From the NCBI GenBank assembly GCA_029858505.1, contig JAOUEW010000008.1, positions 9,939 through 73,938 of the forward strand: DNA of 64,000 nucleotides, given 5' to 3'. Position numbers and translations under genes: made by a program. This stretch comes from Deltaproteobacteria bacterium (lineage in GTDB: Bacteria; SAR324; JACQKK01). Shown here piece by piece: positions 1 through 8,933 of this stretch. Within the stretch, counting starts at the first letter, position 1; every line of letters starts with the position of its first letter. The notes below the pieces were generated by a model, which was not told the origin of the DNA, did not search any database, and saw only the letters and a list, made by a program, of their open reading frames with translations.

Positions 1-1
1 G

Positions 2-730
2 GCCAGCGGCAAGGGCGGGGTGGGGAAATCCACCGTGGCGGTGAACCTGGCGGTGGCCCTGGCCGCCCAGGGGCACAAAGTAGGGTTGTTCGACACCGAT
101 ATCTACGGCCCCAGCGTGCCCATCATGACGGGCCTGAGGGAAGCCCGCCCCCAGGTGGAGGGAAACCAGATCATCCCCCTGCAAAAATTCGGGGTGGATA
201 TTCTCTCGTTGGGCAACTTGGTGGATGAGTCGGCGGCGGCCATCTGGCGGGGCCCCATGGTGCATCAGGTGCTGGAACAATTGCTGCGAGACACCCGCTG
301 GCCCGGCGGCGATTACATGATTTTAGACCTGCCCCCCGGCACGGGAGACGTGCAGATCACCCTGGCCCAACTGTGCGAGGTCACCGGGGCGGTGATTGTC
401 TCCACCCCCCAAGACGTGGCCCTGCTGGATGCCATCCGGGCCGTGGCCATGTTTGAAAAAGTAGAAATTCCGGTGATTGGCCTGGTGGAAAACATGAGCG
501 CCTTCCACTGCCCCCACTGCAACAAAGAAACCCCCATCTTCGACACCGGCACCATCGAAAAAGCCGCCCACCAGCGAAACGTGGCCTTTTTGGGGCACAT
601 CCCCATCGAGCTGGACATCCGGCTGGGCGGCGACAAGGGCCAGCCCGTGGCTTTGCGCCCGGCCAGCCCCGCTGGCAAGGCCTTCCACGCGGTGGCCAAT
701 GCCCTGATGGCGCAGATTCAAGAAGGCTGA
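2..730 (+). CDS. apbC: Fe-S cluster carrier ATPase Mrp/ApbC (NBP35 family). 5' end truncated by the window edge.
   Basis: Reading frame is open from nt 2. It encodes the P-loop ASGKGGVGKSTVAVNLA, the CPHC motif and an Mrp-like C-terminus. Confidence 0.85.
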   Translation, partial: ASGKGGVGKSTVAVNLAVALAAQGHKVGLFDTDIYGPSVPIMTGLREARPQVEGNQIIPLQKFGVDILSLGNLVDESAAAIWRGPMVHQVLEQLLRDTRWPGGDYMILDLPPGTGDVQITLAQLCEVTGAVIVSTPQDVALLDAIRAVAMFEKVEIPVIGLVENMSAFHCPHCNKETPIFDTGTIEKAAHQRNVAFLGHIPIELDIRLGGDKGQPVALRPASPAGKAFHAVANALMAQIQEG

Positions 731-776
731 GGGATTCTCCCGCCCTGTTTTCTACCCCCCGTATTTACGAAGCCTC

Positions 777-1277
777 TTAGGCTTCTACATCGGGGGGGTG
801 GAAGGTCATCACCGGGATTGGAGACACCCGCACCAGTTTTTCGGTGGTGGAACCCATCAGCAGACGGGTCAACCCGGTCCAGCCATGGGTGGAAAGCACC
901 AACAAGTGGGCATCCCACGCCTGGATCTCCTCCAAAATCTGATCCAACACCCGCCCTTGGCGCACCCGAACCTCGGCGCCGGGGGCTCCTTTGTGGGCAA
1001 TGGCCTCCAAATGCTGAACGCTTTCCAGGCTGGCTTTTTCCACCAAGCCCCCTGGCAGGGCGTCTGGCGGAGAAACCAGGGCCGGGGCAGATTCAAACAT
1101 GCCCAACTGCCCGTAAAGGTCGTAGGGAGTCAGCTCGACCACGTGCAGCAGCCGCAACTGGGCCCCCAATTTTTTAGCCAAATGAACCGCCAGGGGCAGC
1201 ACCGCCTGGGCGTTGGCAGAAAAATCCACCGCCACCAAAATCCGTTGAATCGGTTGAATTTGCTGAACCATAGGCAC
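777..1277 (-). CDS. Universal stress protein (UspA family).
   Basis: 166 aa. RILVAVDFS...LLHVVE N-terminus and GSTTEKLVRVSPIPVMTF C-terminus are typical of UspA. Confidence 0.7.
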   Translation of the reverse strand: MPMVQQIQPIQRILVAVDFSANAQAVLPLAVHLAKKLGAQLRLLHVVELTPYDLYGQLGMFESAPALVSPPDALPGGLVEKASLESVQHLEAIAHKGAPGAEVRVRQGRVLDQILEEIQAWDAHLLVLSTHGWTGLTRLLMGSTTEKLVRVSPIPVMTFHPPDVEA

Positions 1278-1357
1278 CTCCTGGAAGGGATTGCCCCTCT
1301 GATTCTAATTATACTAGGATCAGGGGGCGCTTCCCACTGGAAACTCACCTCGAAAGC

Positions 1358-2041
1358 ATGATCCCCATGAAAAACAAGCGGTCGTATGAAATCAACGAAT
1401 TGCGTAAAGAGGAATCCTGGCGGCTGTTTCGCATCATGGGAGAGTTCGTGGAAGGGTTTGACTTGCTGCCACGGTTTTCTCCCGCCGCCACGGTGTTTGG
1501 CTCGGCCCGGGTGAAACCAGGAGAGCCCTCTTATCAACAGGCCCAAGACCTGGGGGCGCTGTTGGTAAGCAAAGGCTACGCGGTGTACACCGGGGGCGGG
1601 CCAGGCATCATGGAGGCCGCCAACCGGGGGGCCAAAGAGGCGGGAGGGGTTTCGATTGGGCTGAATATTGAGCTGCCTCACGAACAAGTTCCCAACCCCT
1701 ACACCACCCACAGCGTCAGCTTCCGCTATTTCTTTATCCGCAAGGTGATGCTGGTTAAATACTCCGCCGCGTTCTTTCTGTTCCCCGGGGGGTTTGGCAC
1801 TTTGGATGAGTTGTTTGAAACCCTTACCCTGGTGCAAACCCACAAAATTCGCCCCCTTCCCCTGGTGCTGATCGGCCGGGAGTTTTGGAGCGGCATGCTG
1901 AAATGGATGGACGCGGGCCCCCTGGGCCAGGGATATCTCAGCCCGGAGGACATGAAATTGCTGTACCTGACCGACGACATCGAAGAAGCCGTGGCCCTGC
2001 TGGAAGGCCACCAGACCAACGGGGAGCACTCTCCCCCCTAA
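1358..2041 (+). CDS. LOG family protein (TIGR00730, cytokinin riboside 5'-monophosphate phosphoribohydrolase-like).
   Basis: Motifs GGGPGIMEAANRGA, PGGFGTLDELFE and KIRPLPLVLIGREFW. Confidence 0.8.
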   Translation: MIPMKNKRSYEINELRKEESWRLFRIMGEFVEGFDLLPRFSPAATVFGSARVKPGEPSYQQAQDLGALLVSKGYAVYTGGGPGIMEAANRGAKEAGGVSIGLNIELPHEQVPNPYTTHSVSFRYFFIRKVMLVKYSAAFFLFPGGFGTLDELFETLTLVQTHKIRPLPLVLIGREFWSGMLKWMDAGPLGQGYLSPEDMKLLYLTDDIEEAVALLEGHQTNGEHSPP

Positions 2042-2107
2042 GCCTGCCGCCTGACACCCATGGGGCCCAATTCATGGTAAAATAATTCTGGGCAACAGGA
2101 ATAGAAC

Positions 2108-2629
2108 ATGAGCCATGAGAACGAGTCTCCGCAGTTCACCCCCACCCGAGGCAGCCCGATGAAAGAGAACTACTGGTTCTACGAACGCGGCGAGGGCGAC
2201 CCCGATCCGCGGCCCCTGACGCTGAAATCTTTGATGACCCCCAGCCCGGCCACCCTCTTGGTGAGCCAGTTGGTGCGCGACGCCATGGATCTCATGACCA
2301 AAAAGAACATTCACCACATTCCGGTGCTGGGCAAAGACGGCCGCCTAGCCGGGGTGGTTACCCGCCACGACCTGCTGGCGAAGATTCTGCACGGGCACAC
2401 CCTGACGGGCGACGAGCAATACCATGCCACCCTGGACACCATGCTGCCCCTGGAGCAGGTGATGACCCCCCGGCCCCACGTGCTGGCACCCGATGACCCG
2501 GTGGCCAAAGGGGTGGCCCTGTTTTTAACCCACGGCGTGCACTGCGTGCCGGTGATGGATGGGTCATCCTTGGTGGGGATTGTCACCGAAAAAGACATCT
2601 TCCGGCTGATGGAACACATGGTGTCCTAA
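2108..2629 (+). CDS. CBS-pair domain protein.
   Basis: Two CBS-like modules: HHIPVLGKDGRLAGVVTRHDLL and HCVPVMDGSSLVGIVTEKDIFRL. Confidence 0.7.
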   Translation: MSHENESPQFTPTRGSPMKENYWFYERGEGDPDPRPLTLKSLMTPSPATLLVSQLVRDAMDLMTKKNIHHIPVLGKDGRLAGVVTRHDLLAKILHGHTLTGDEQYHATLDTMLPLEQVMTPRPHVLAPDDPVAKGVALFLTHGVHCVPVMDGSSLVGIVTEKDIFRLMEHMVS

Positions 2630-2638
2630 ACCCTCGCC

Positions 2639-3427
2639 ATGGCCCATCCAAAACAAAAGACCCCCCGGAAAGCCCCCAAGCCCGGCCCCATGATCTTCTT
2701 GGCCGGGGTGACCAAGCGTTTTGGCAAAAAAACCGTGTTGGACGGTATTGACCTGCGCGTGGACCCCAACACCATCCACGCCGTCATTGGGGGGTCGGGT
2801 CACGGAAAATCCACCATTCTCAAATTGATTCTGGGGTTTCTAACCCCCGACGAGGGGGACGTGCTGGTGGCGGGGAACTCCATTTTGGGGCTGGACGACA
2901 TGGCCCGGCTGGAGGTGCTGAAAACCATCGGGGTGTCCTTCCAGCATTCGGCCCTGTTCGACTCCATGAGCGTGTATGAAAACGTGGCCTTTCCCCTGCG
3001 GGAGCACACCCTTTTATCTGAAGAAGACATTGCCCAGCGGGTGGCCGAAACCCTGACCCGTCTGGGGCTGCCCGGCATTGAAGACAAAATGCCAGCCGAG
3101 CTTTCGGGCGGGATGAAAAAGCGGGTGGGGGTGGCCCGCGCGGTGATGCTTCAACCCAAAATCATGCTGTTCGACGAGCCCGAAACCGGGCTGGATCCCA
3201 TCACCACCACCTCCATCGGCAACCTCATCCAAGAAATGCGCGATGACTTCGGCATTACCTGCTTGGTCATTTCCCACAACCTGGAAAACACCATGCGCAT
3301 TTCGGACCGGGTGAGCATGCTGTACAAAGGGCACATCATTGCCGAAGGCACCCCCGCCCAACTGCGGGATCACGATCACCCGGTGGTGCGGCAGTTTCTC
3401 ACCGGCTCTTCCGAGGGGCCCTTCTGA
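2639..3427 (+). CDS. ABC transporter ATP-binding protein (MlaF/Ttg2A-like).
   Basis: Walker A GGSGHGKST, ABC signature LSGGMKKRV and Walker B MLFDEPETGLD. Confidence 0.85.
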   Translation: MAHPKQKTPRKAPKPGPMIFLAGVTKRFGKKTVLDGIDLRVDPNTIHAVIGGSGHGKSTILKLILGFLTPDEGDVLVAGNSILGLDDMARLEVLKTIGVSFQHSALFDSMSVYENVAFPLREHTLLSEEDIAQRVAETLTRLGLPGIEDKMPAELSGGMKKRVGVARAVMLQPKIMLFDEPETGLDPITTTSIGNLIQEMRDDFGITCLVISHNLENTMRISDRVSMLYKGHIIAEGTPAQLRDHDHPVVRQFLTGSSEGPF

Positions 3428-4041
3428 TGGAATCTTTGGAGTGGGTGCGGCAAGCGGCGGCCCTTCCCCCTGGGTGGTTTTACTTGGCCCTGGTGCTGTC
3501 TGGGGTGGTTGAAAACTTGGTGCCCATGCTCCCCGGAGACATGGCCACCGTGGCGGGGGGCTACCTGGCGGCCCGGGGCACCGTGACCTGGCCCCTGGCC
3601 TTTTTGGCCTCGGCCGCTGGCAACTGGTTTGGTTTTTTGTTGGTGTTTGGGGCGGGGCGCTGGCTGGGCCACAGCCGGCTGCACGCCATGCTGCAAGGGT
3701 GGTTCCCCCACCGCGAACTGGAACGGGCCGAAGGTTGGTTTGCCCGCTGGGGGTACGGGATCATTCTGGTCAATCGGTTTCTGGCGGGCACCCGGGCGGT
3801 GGTCTCGTTGTTTGCCGGGGTAGCGGAACTGCCCTGGCGGCCCGTGGCGGTGTTGTCGCTGGTCAGCTCTCTGGCCTGGACCGGGCTGTTAACCCTGCTG
3901 GGCATGCAAATTCAAGAACGCTGGGAGGATCTGCTGCCCCTGTTGGATGCCTATAACCGGTTGATGGTGGCCCTGGTGACCCTGGCTCTGCTGGGGGGGT
4001 GGGGTTGGCTGGCTTGGCGCAAGCGGCAAAGCCCTGGCTAG
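3427..4041 (+). CDS. DedA family (SNARE-associated) membrane protein.
   Basis: VENLVPMLPGD...GYGIILVNRFLAGTR is the DedA core. Start overlaps the upstream stop (ATGA). Confidence 0.7.
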   Translation: MESLEWVRQAAALPPGWFYLALVLSGVVENLVPMLPGDMATVAGGYLAARGTVTWPLAFLASAAGNWFGFLLVFGAGRWLGHSRLHAMLQGWFPHRELERAEGWFARWGYGIILVNRFLAGTRAVVSLFAGVAELPWRPVAVLSLVSSLAWTGLLTLLGMQIQERWEDLLPLLDAYNRLMVALVTLALLGGWGWLAWRKRQSPG

Positions 4042-4679
4042 GCGCCTTCCGGAAACACCACTTCCATGGAATAAATCCGCTCCACGGCAATGGGCTCTAA
4101 AGAAATCACCTGGGCGGTGCGCCCCTCGGCGTTGGACTTGAACAGATGAAGAGAGCGCCCCCTGGGAGAGTCGAGATACAGCCGCACCAAGGGAGAGCCT
4201 TTTTTGCTCACGTGGTTCAGTACCCGTGGAATGCGGGTGTTGTAGTGGGGGTCGTCTCTGTCGGACAAGAACACCGCCCGCATGCCGGACCAAGTGTGGG
4301 GAAAGGGATCCCGCGGCTCCAAATAACCGCAAGCCTGAATGTGCAGCCAGTTCGACAGGGTCGTGGTGTGCTCCAGCCTCCCCGGCCCGGCATAGGGCTC
4401 CCAAAAGGGCAGGTAGGCGTCGGGGATATCGCGCTTCACAATAGCCCGCTTCCCCAAGGTGGGTGAAGAAGACTCCTCAATCGATCCTTGAAGGGGCATC
4501 TGATAGGTCATAATGGGATTTTGTTGGGCATTCTCTCCGGTCAAAGCGGCGGAAAATCCAACGGAGAGCATAAGGGAAATATACCCGAAAAACCGCCCGG
4601 AAAAAAGAGGAAAGTCGAACCCTCTCTTTCCCTTGAGAATTCCACCGGAATTCCTGGCTTTCCCCAACAGAATCCTCAA
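4038..4679 (-). CDS. Hypothetical protein, possibly exported. True start is uncertain; an internal Met at 4571 precedes a hydrophobic signal-like segment.
   Basis: Long ORF with no recognisable family. N-terminal hydrophobic stretch MLSVGFSAALTG. Confidence 0.35.
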   Translation of the reverse strand: MRILLGKARNSGGILKGKRGFDFPLFSGRFFGYISLMLSVGFSAALTGENAQQNPIMTYQMPLQGSIEESSSPTLGKRAIVKRDIPDAYLPFWEPYAGPGRLEHTTTLSNWLHIQACGYLEPRDPFPHTWSGMRAVFLSDRDDPHYNTRIPRVLNHVSKKGSPLVRLYLDSPRGRSLHLFKSNAEGRTAQVISLEPIAVERIYSMEVVFPEGA

Positions 4680-4790
4680 CCCAACTGGGGTCAGGTGTTT
4701 TTTTCACGATGGTCTGATAACTTGGAATCAAACATCACGGTTTTCGGAAGAACCTTCTCGTATCCCCGTTTTATTTCCTTGAGAGCAACC

Positions 4791-6053
4791 ATGAATGCTT
4801 TTCGAATGGGTAAACTGGTGGCGCTAACCCTGGGGTTGACCTTGGGGGTGGTGTTCATTTCCCCGGTGCTGGGGCAAGAGTCCGCCCCGGTGGCAGTGGT
4901 GGAAGCCGAAGGCGTGGCCACGAACCATCCGGGCAACGCCGGGCTGTCTCACGACGAAGCCCTGGAAGCCGCCCTGCGGGCCGCGGTAGAAAAAGCCAGC
5001 GGAACTTTCATCCAAACCGAATCGGAAATGCGAGAGTTCCAACTGGTGAGGGATGAAGTGCTGACCCGCACCGAAGGATACATTCGATCTCACACGGTGT
5101 TGTCGGAGGGTCCCGATGGAGACCTGTACCGCCTGCGGGTCAAAGCCGAAGTGGTGCGAGAGCCCTTCTTAAAGTCCATGGATCAATCCCTTTCCACCCT
5201 GTACCGCCGGGTGGGCATGCCCAGCGTCATGGTGGTCATCCATGAATCCACCGCCGAGGGGCCGAGCCGCCTCAGCACCCCCAACGTGTCCGAAACCGCA
5301 ATCCGCCAGACCCTGATGCAGAATGGATTCAAGTTCATCGACTTCCGCACCTCGGGGGGCGGCCCCCTGCTGGCCCGCCTGACCCCCGGCCAAGAGCTAG
5401 ACCGAGAGGCCGTGATGGACGTGGGCCGCAAAGCGGGCGTGGCTCTGGTGATCATTGGCACCGCCCAGGCCCAAGAGCCCCAACCCCTGGGAAATGGAAA
5501 AATCTTCAGCGCCCTGGCCGTGGTGACTCTCGATGCCATCCGCACCGACACCGGGCAGGCCATTGCCTCGGCCAATGCTTCTCAAACCATGGCCCATCCC
5601 ATCTCCAGCCAAGCCGCCCTGGGGGCCCTGAAAAAATCCACCGCCAAGGCCCTGGACCCTCTGATGGCTCAGGTATCGTACGCCTGGGTGCAAGAGAACA
5701 ACCAGGGCAAGGTGGTGGAAGTGAAAGTGAACAATATCTCTTATCCCCGGCTGGTTGAGCTACAGAAACGGATGGGGGCGGGTATGTCAGGAGTGCGGCA
5801 GGTTCGTCAGCGCTCCTTCCGCCAAAAAACCGCCCTGCTGGAAGTCACCGCCACGGCCACCCCCCAAAAACTGGCGGAACAAATTTTGGCCGTTGCCCCG
5901 GAAGAATGGGATGTGGAAGTGGAGGAAACCTCGGCCCAGCGGGTGACCCTGCGCCTGCCCGATGTCGTGGCCCCCCTCAAACCCCCACCGCCAGCTTCAT
6001 CGCTTCAAACCCCCGAGTCTTCGGATTCGGAGGAAAGCCCGGAAACCCGGTAA
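4791..6053 (+). CDS. Hypothetical secreted protein with a Pro/Ser/Glu-rich C-terminal tail.
   Basis: Start chosen at MNAFRMGKLVALTLGLTLGVVFISPVLG (signal peptide). The ORF-track 5' extension from 4488 overlaps the upstream minus-strand gene. No family recognised. Confidence 0.55.
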   Translation: MNAFRMGKLVALTLGLTLGVVFISPVLGQESAPVAVVEAEGVATNHPGNAGLSHDEALEAALRAAVEKASGTFIQTESEMREFQLVRDEVLTRTEGYIRSHTVLSEGPDGDLYRLRVKAEVVREPFLKSMDQSLSTLYRRVGMPSVMVVIHESTAEGPSRLSTPNVSETAIRQTLMQNGFKFIDFRTSGGGPLLARLTPGQELDREAVMDVGRKAGVALVIIGTAQAQEPQPLGNGKIFSALAVVTLDAIRTDTGQAIASANASQTMAHPISSQAALGALKKSTAKALDPLMAQVSYAWVQENNQGKVVEVKVNNISYPRLVELQKRMGAGMSGVRQVRQRSFRQKTALLEVTATATPQKLAEQILAVAPEEWDVEVEETSAQRVTLRLPDVVAPLKPPPPASSLQTPESSDSEESPETR

Positions 6054-6811
6054 TGGTTCCGGGTTCTCCATTGGCCGAGTCCTTTCAGCACATTCCCCAC
6101 AATTTGGCGCGGGTTCGGGAAGACATGGCCGAAGCCGCCCGCCGGGCTGGCCGACCCCCCCACGACATCACCCTGGTGGCGGTAAGCAAAACCCACCCGG
6201 CCCAGGCCGTGCTGGCCGCCTGGCAGGCGGGCCAGCGGGTGTTTGGCGAAAACCGCGTGCAGGAAGCCCTAGAAAAACAAACCGCCCTGGCGGGCAACGT
6301 TCCAGACCTGGAATGGCACTTGGTGGGGCACCTGCAGTCTAACAAAGCCCGGCTGGTGCCTGGGCGGTTTGCCCTGCTCCATTCCCTCGATTCTGCCAAA
6401 CTGGCCCAGGCGTTAAATCGGCAAACTGAAAATATCCCCCCACAGAACAACCCGGGTATTCCGGCTAAACGCTTGCGGGTGTTATTGCAGGTGAATACGG
6501 GGGGAGAAGACACCAAGTCTGGCGCGCGCAGCCTGGAGGATTTGAAAGCCCTGGCCGCGGCCGCAGCGGAATGCCCAGGGCTGGACGTGCGGGGGTTGAT
6601 GACCCTGCCCCCGCCAGATTTGGGCGAGGCCCCCACCCGCAAGTTGTTTGCCCAGGTGCGGGAGGCCTGCGAGCTCATCCGTGGAGAGTTTGGGTTAACC
6701 GAATGCCGGGAACTTTCCATGGGCATGAGTCACGACTTTGCCTGGGCCATTCAAGAGGGATCCACCCTCATCCGGGTGGGCACGGCCATTTTTGGCCACC
6801 GAGAAGGTTGA
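6053..6811 (+). CDS. YggS-family pyridoxal phosphate homeostasis protein (alanine racemase N-terminal fold).
   Basis: ITLVAVSKTHPAQAV...GENRVQE...WHLVGHLQSNK motifs. ATG overlaps the upstream stop. Confidence 0.8.
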   Translation: MVPGSPLAESFQHIPHNLARVREDMAEAARRAGRPPHDITLVAVSKTHPAQAVLAAWQAGQRVFGENRVQEALEKQTALAGNVPDLEWHLVGHLQSNKARLVPGRFALLHSLDSAKLAQALNRQTENIPPQNNPGIPAKRLRVLLQVNTGGEDTKSGARSLEDLKALAAAAAECPGLDVRGLMTLPPPDLGEAPTRKLFAQVREACELIRGEFGLTECRELSMGMSHDFAWAIQEGSTLIRVGTAIFGHREG

Positions 6812-6840
6812 TTGCGCTTGAGGATTCTTCTCCATTCCCC

Positions 6841-7332
6841 TCATTGCAACATCTCATTTTCTGTTCTTGGTGGCAGGGAAAACTTTCCATAAAGTTTCAC
6901 GGATGCCAGCAGCACCAAGGTGCTGACAATCGTAAAAACCGGCCCCAAAAACAGCACCCAGAAGGCGACCCGCGCGTCATTGATCAATGCGGCAAACAAT
7001 CTTTGTTGCTCCGGTGTTTGCTCCTCCGGGGAAAAAATCTCATCTCCGTTCAAGTCAAATTGGTACAACCGATATTCGATGTATCCGTAATACAATTGGT
7101 AAATCACCATCATGACCCCATAGGCCAAAGCCGCGTGGATGAGCAACAGTTCCAGAATATTGTTTTTGTTCGTCCAGGGTGTTTTTTTCCAGATCAAGAC
7201 AGATACGGCCATGACGGAAAAAGAATAGACCGTCAAAATGACGCTAAGTTTGAAGGTTACCCCTGCCCACAAAGAGAAGAGCAAAAACTGCCAAAACAAG
7301 TGTTTGTTGATCAGGCTTGAACGTACCTTCAT
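6841..7332 (-). CDS. Hypothetical integral membrane protein, AT-rich gene with an EF-hand-like loop.
   Basis: About four TM helices. DLNGDEIFSPEE matches the Dx(N)xDxxxxxxE calcium-loop pattern. Local GC is clearly lower than the flanks. Confidence 0.5.
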   Translation of the reverse strand: MKVRSSLINKHLFWQFLLFSLWAGVTFKLSVILTVYSFSVMAVSVLIWKKTPWTNKNNILELLLIHAALAYGVMMVIYQLYYGYIEYRLYQFDLNGDEIFSPEEQTPEQQRLFAALINDARVAFWVLFLGPVFTIVSTLVLLASVKLYGKFSLPPRTENEMLQ

Positions 7333-7340
7333 AAGTTGTT

Positions 7341-8534
7341 TTATTTCCCCGGCTCATCCGGCTCAGCCCAGGCTTCTTCCAGGGGGCCGCCCCGTTTTTT
7401 TTCTCTTCCCTTAAAGTGAAACACTTCTTTTTCCCGCAGGCGTTTCACCTGCTCTCGGGAGAGAAACGTGTTCAGGGCGGTGCGCCCCTCGGCATCTACC
7501 CCCCGGATATGCACATGATGGCGCCAGCCGCCGTCTTCGGTGGCGTTGGCCTCCAGCACTTCGGCAATGACCACCGTGGGTTTGTTGTGAATGGTCAGCA
7601 TCATCCGCACCAAGCCTTTTTCCTCTAACTTTTCTTTGCAGAGAAACGAGGCCCCCCCGAACGATAGGTCAATTACCCGGCCCTTGGATTCTTCTGGCAG
7701 ACCGGCGGGTGGTTCTTGACCCTGGGGATTCTTGCGCCGAGAGATTTCCTCAGGGGGCAGGTAATGGAAGGTGATGGGGAGGTTCACCGACAGGCGGTAC
7801 TTGGCCCGGCGGGCTTCGGTGTTGCGAAAAGCGTGGGCCGCCCGAAACATGCGCATCCCCCCAGCCTCCACCACCTCCAGAGTAATGGGGAACAACACTT
7901 CGCCGTCCCGCTCGCGCCAAAAAATCAATTGCACGTCGGGGTTTTGGGTCAGCACCCACTGAATTTCCGGGTCTTCCGGAATGTTCAACAGCAGGTGGTC
8001 GGCGGTGGTGCTCATGATGGAGCAATACACATCCAGGCGCTCTTGCTCCACCGAGGTCACCACCCGCACCGGCAGGTCCCGCATCAGTTGGCGGGTGTGG
8101 GTTAGCTCCATGCTGGGGTTCATCACCGTCATCCGCAGCGCCCGGCGCAGGTTATCCAACTCAACGTCTCGGCCCGGGTGGTCGGCCCGCCAACGGTCCC
8201 AGGCGTTCTCAAATTCTTCCGAAGATTGCAAAAGCTGAAAGTCTTTGCGGACATTGGCGTAACGATGGAGTTCCGCCAGCAATTCCTGGTGGCGGGGGGT
8301 CATGTTTTGCAGCCCCGACAATTTGTAATAGGTGTTTCGTTCAGACTGGGCCAGCAGCCGCCGGTAACGCCACCATTGCACGGTCATGAACGCCAGCACC
8401 ACCGCCCCAATCACCATGAACACAAAGATCAGCCAGCCCACTTCTTGGGGGCTGGGAACGGGAAACCGCAGCCAAGACAGGTCGTCTAGGGTGTACTTGG
8501 GGGGTTCCAGGCTGGGGGGGGCGTCGGGGGTCAT
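7341..8534 (-). CDS. PilZ domain-containing membrane protein (c-di-GMP receptor-like).
   Basis: C-terminal RVIDLSFGGASF...VRMMLTI PilZ motif and one N-terminal TM helix. Start placed at MTPDAPPS; the track's longer 5' extension is Cys/Arg-rich and unlikely to be coding. Confidence 0.6.
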   Translation of the reverse strand: MTPDAPPSLEPPKYTLDDLSWLRFPVPSPQEVGWLIFVFMVIGAVVLAFMTVQWWRYRRLLAQSERNTYYKLSGLQNMTPRHQELLAELHRYANVRKDFQLLQSSEEFENAWDRWRADHPGRDVELDNLRRALRMTVMNPSMELTHTRQLMRDLPVRVVTSVEQERLDVYCSIMSTTADHLLLNIPEDPEIQWVLTQNPDVQLIFWRERDGEVLFPITLEVVEAGGMRMFRAAHAFRNTEARRAKYRLSVNLPITFHYLPPEEISRRKNPQGQEPPAGLPEESKGRVIDLSFGGASFLCKEKLEEKGLVRMMLTIHNKPTVVIAEVLEANATEDGGWRHHVHIRGVDAEGRTALNTFLSREQVKRLREKEVFHFKGREKKRGGPLEEAWAEPDEPGK

Positions 8535-8639
8535 GGTCACCAAAGGAAAGAGATACCTTGCCAGATCACAACATCGTGGATCGTTTGTACACGCTCTGCA
8601 TCGTTGATTGGATGGGGGGGCATCCCAACAGCACCCCTC

Positions 8640-8800
8640 CCTGGCGGCTTCGCCGCCTGTCCCTCCCCTTCGTGGAGGGACTTTACCCGAAACCATCGGC
8701 TATTCGATTCATCCGTGCGGATGGTGAAACCGGGCAAAAGATAATACGACATCCGCGGGCTTCGATTCATTTTCCTTCCACGAAGGGGAGGGGTGCCGTT
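8640..8800. repeat. Single copy of the ~125-bp structured repeat family, flanked by inverted hairpin arms.
   Basis: GAAACCATCGGCTATTCGATTCATCCGTGCGGATGG...GCGGGCTTCGATTC is homologous to the units at 31157, 33803 and 36305. The flanks GTCCCTCCCCTTCGTGGAGGGAC and CCACGAAGGGGAGGGG are reverse complements of each other. Confidence 0.6.
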
Positions 8801-8933
8801 GGGAAGCCCCCCCAAAGCCGAAGGAAATCACGAGGAACAAGTGATATCCTTCCCAGAGCCCCTAACCTATACCACAACACCAGAAGCGCAACATTGTAGC
8901 TGTGGATGATATCATATTTCGTGAGCAATCGGG

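Noticed and set aside
4488-4790. 5' extension of the 4488..6053 ORF (total 521 aa).
   Set aside because: The extension overlaps the minus-strand gene 4038-4679 and lacks a signal peptide. The internal Met at 4791 is followed by a textbook signal peptide.
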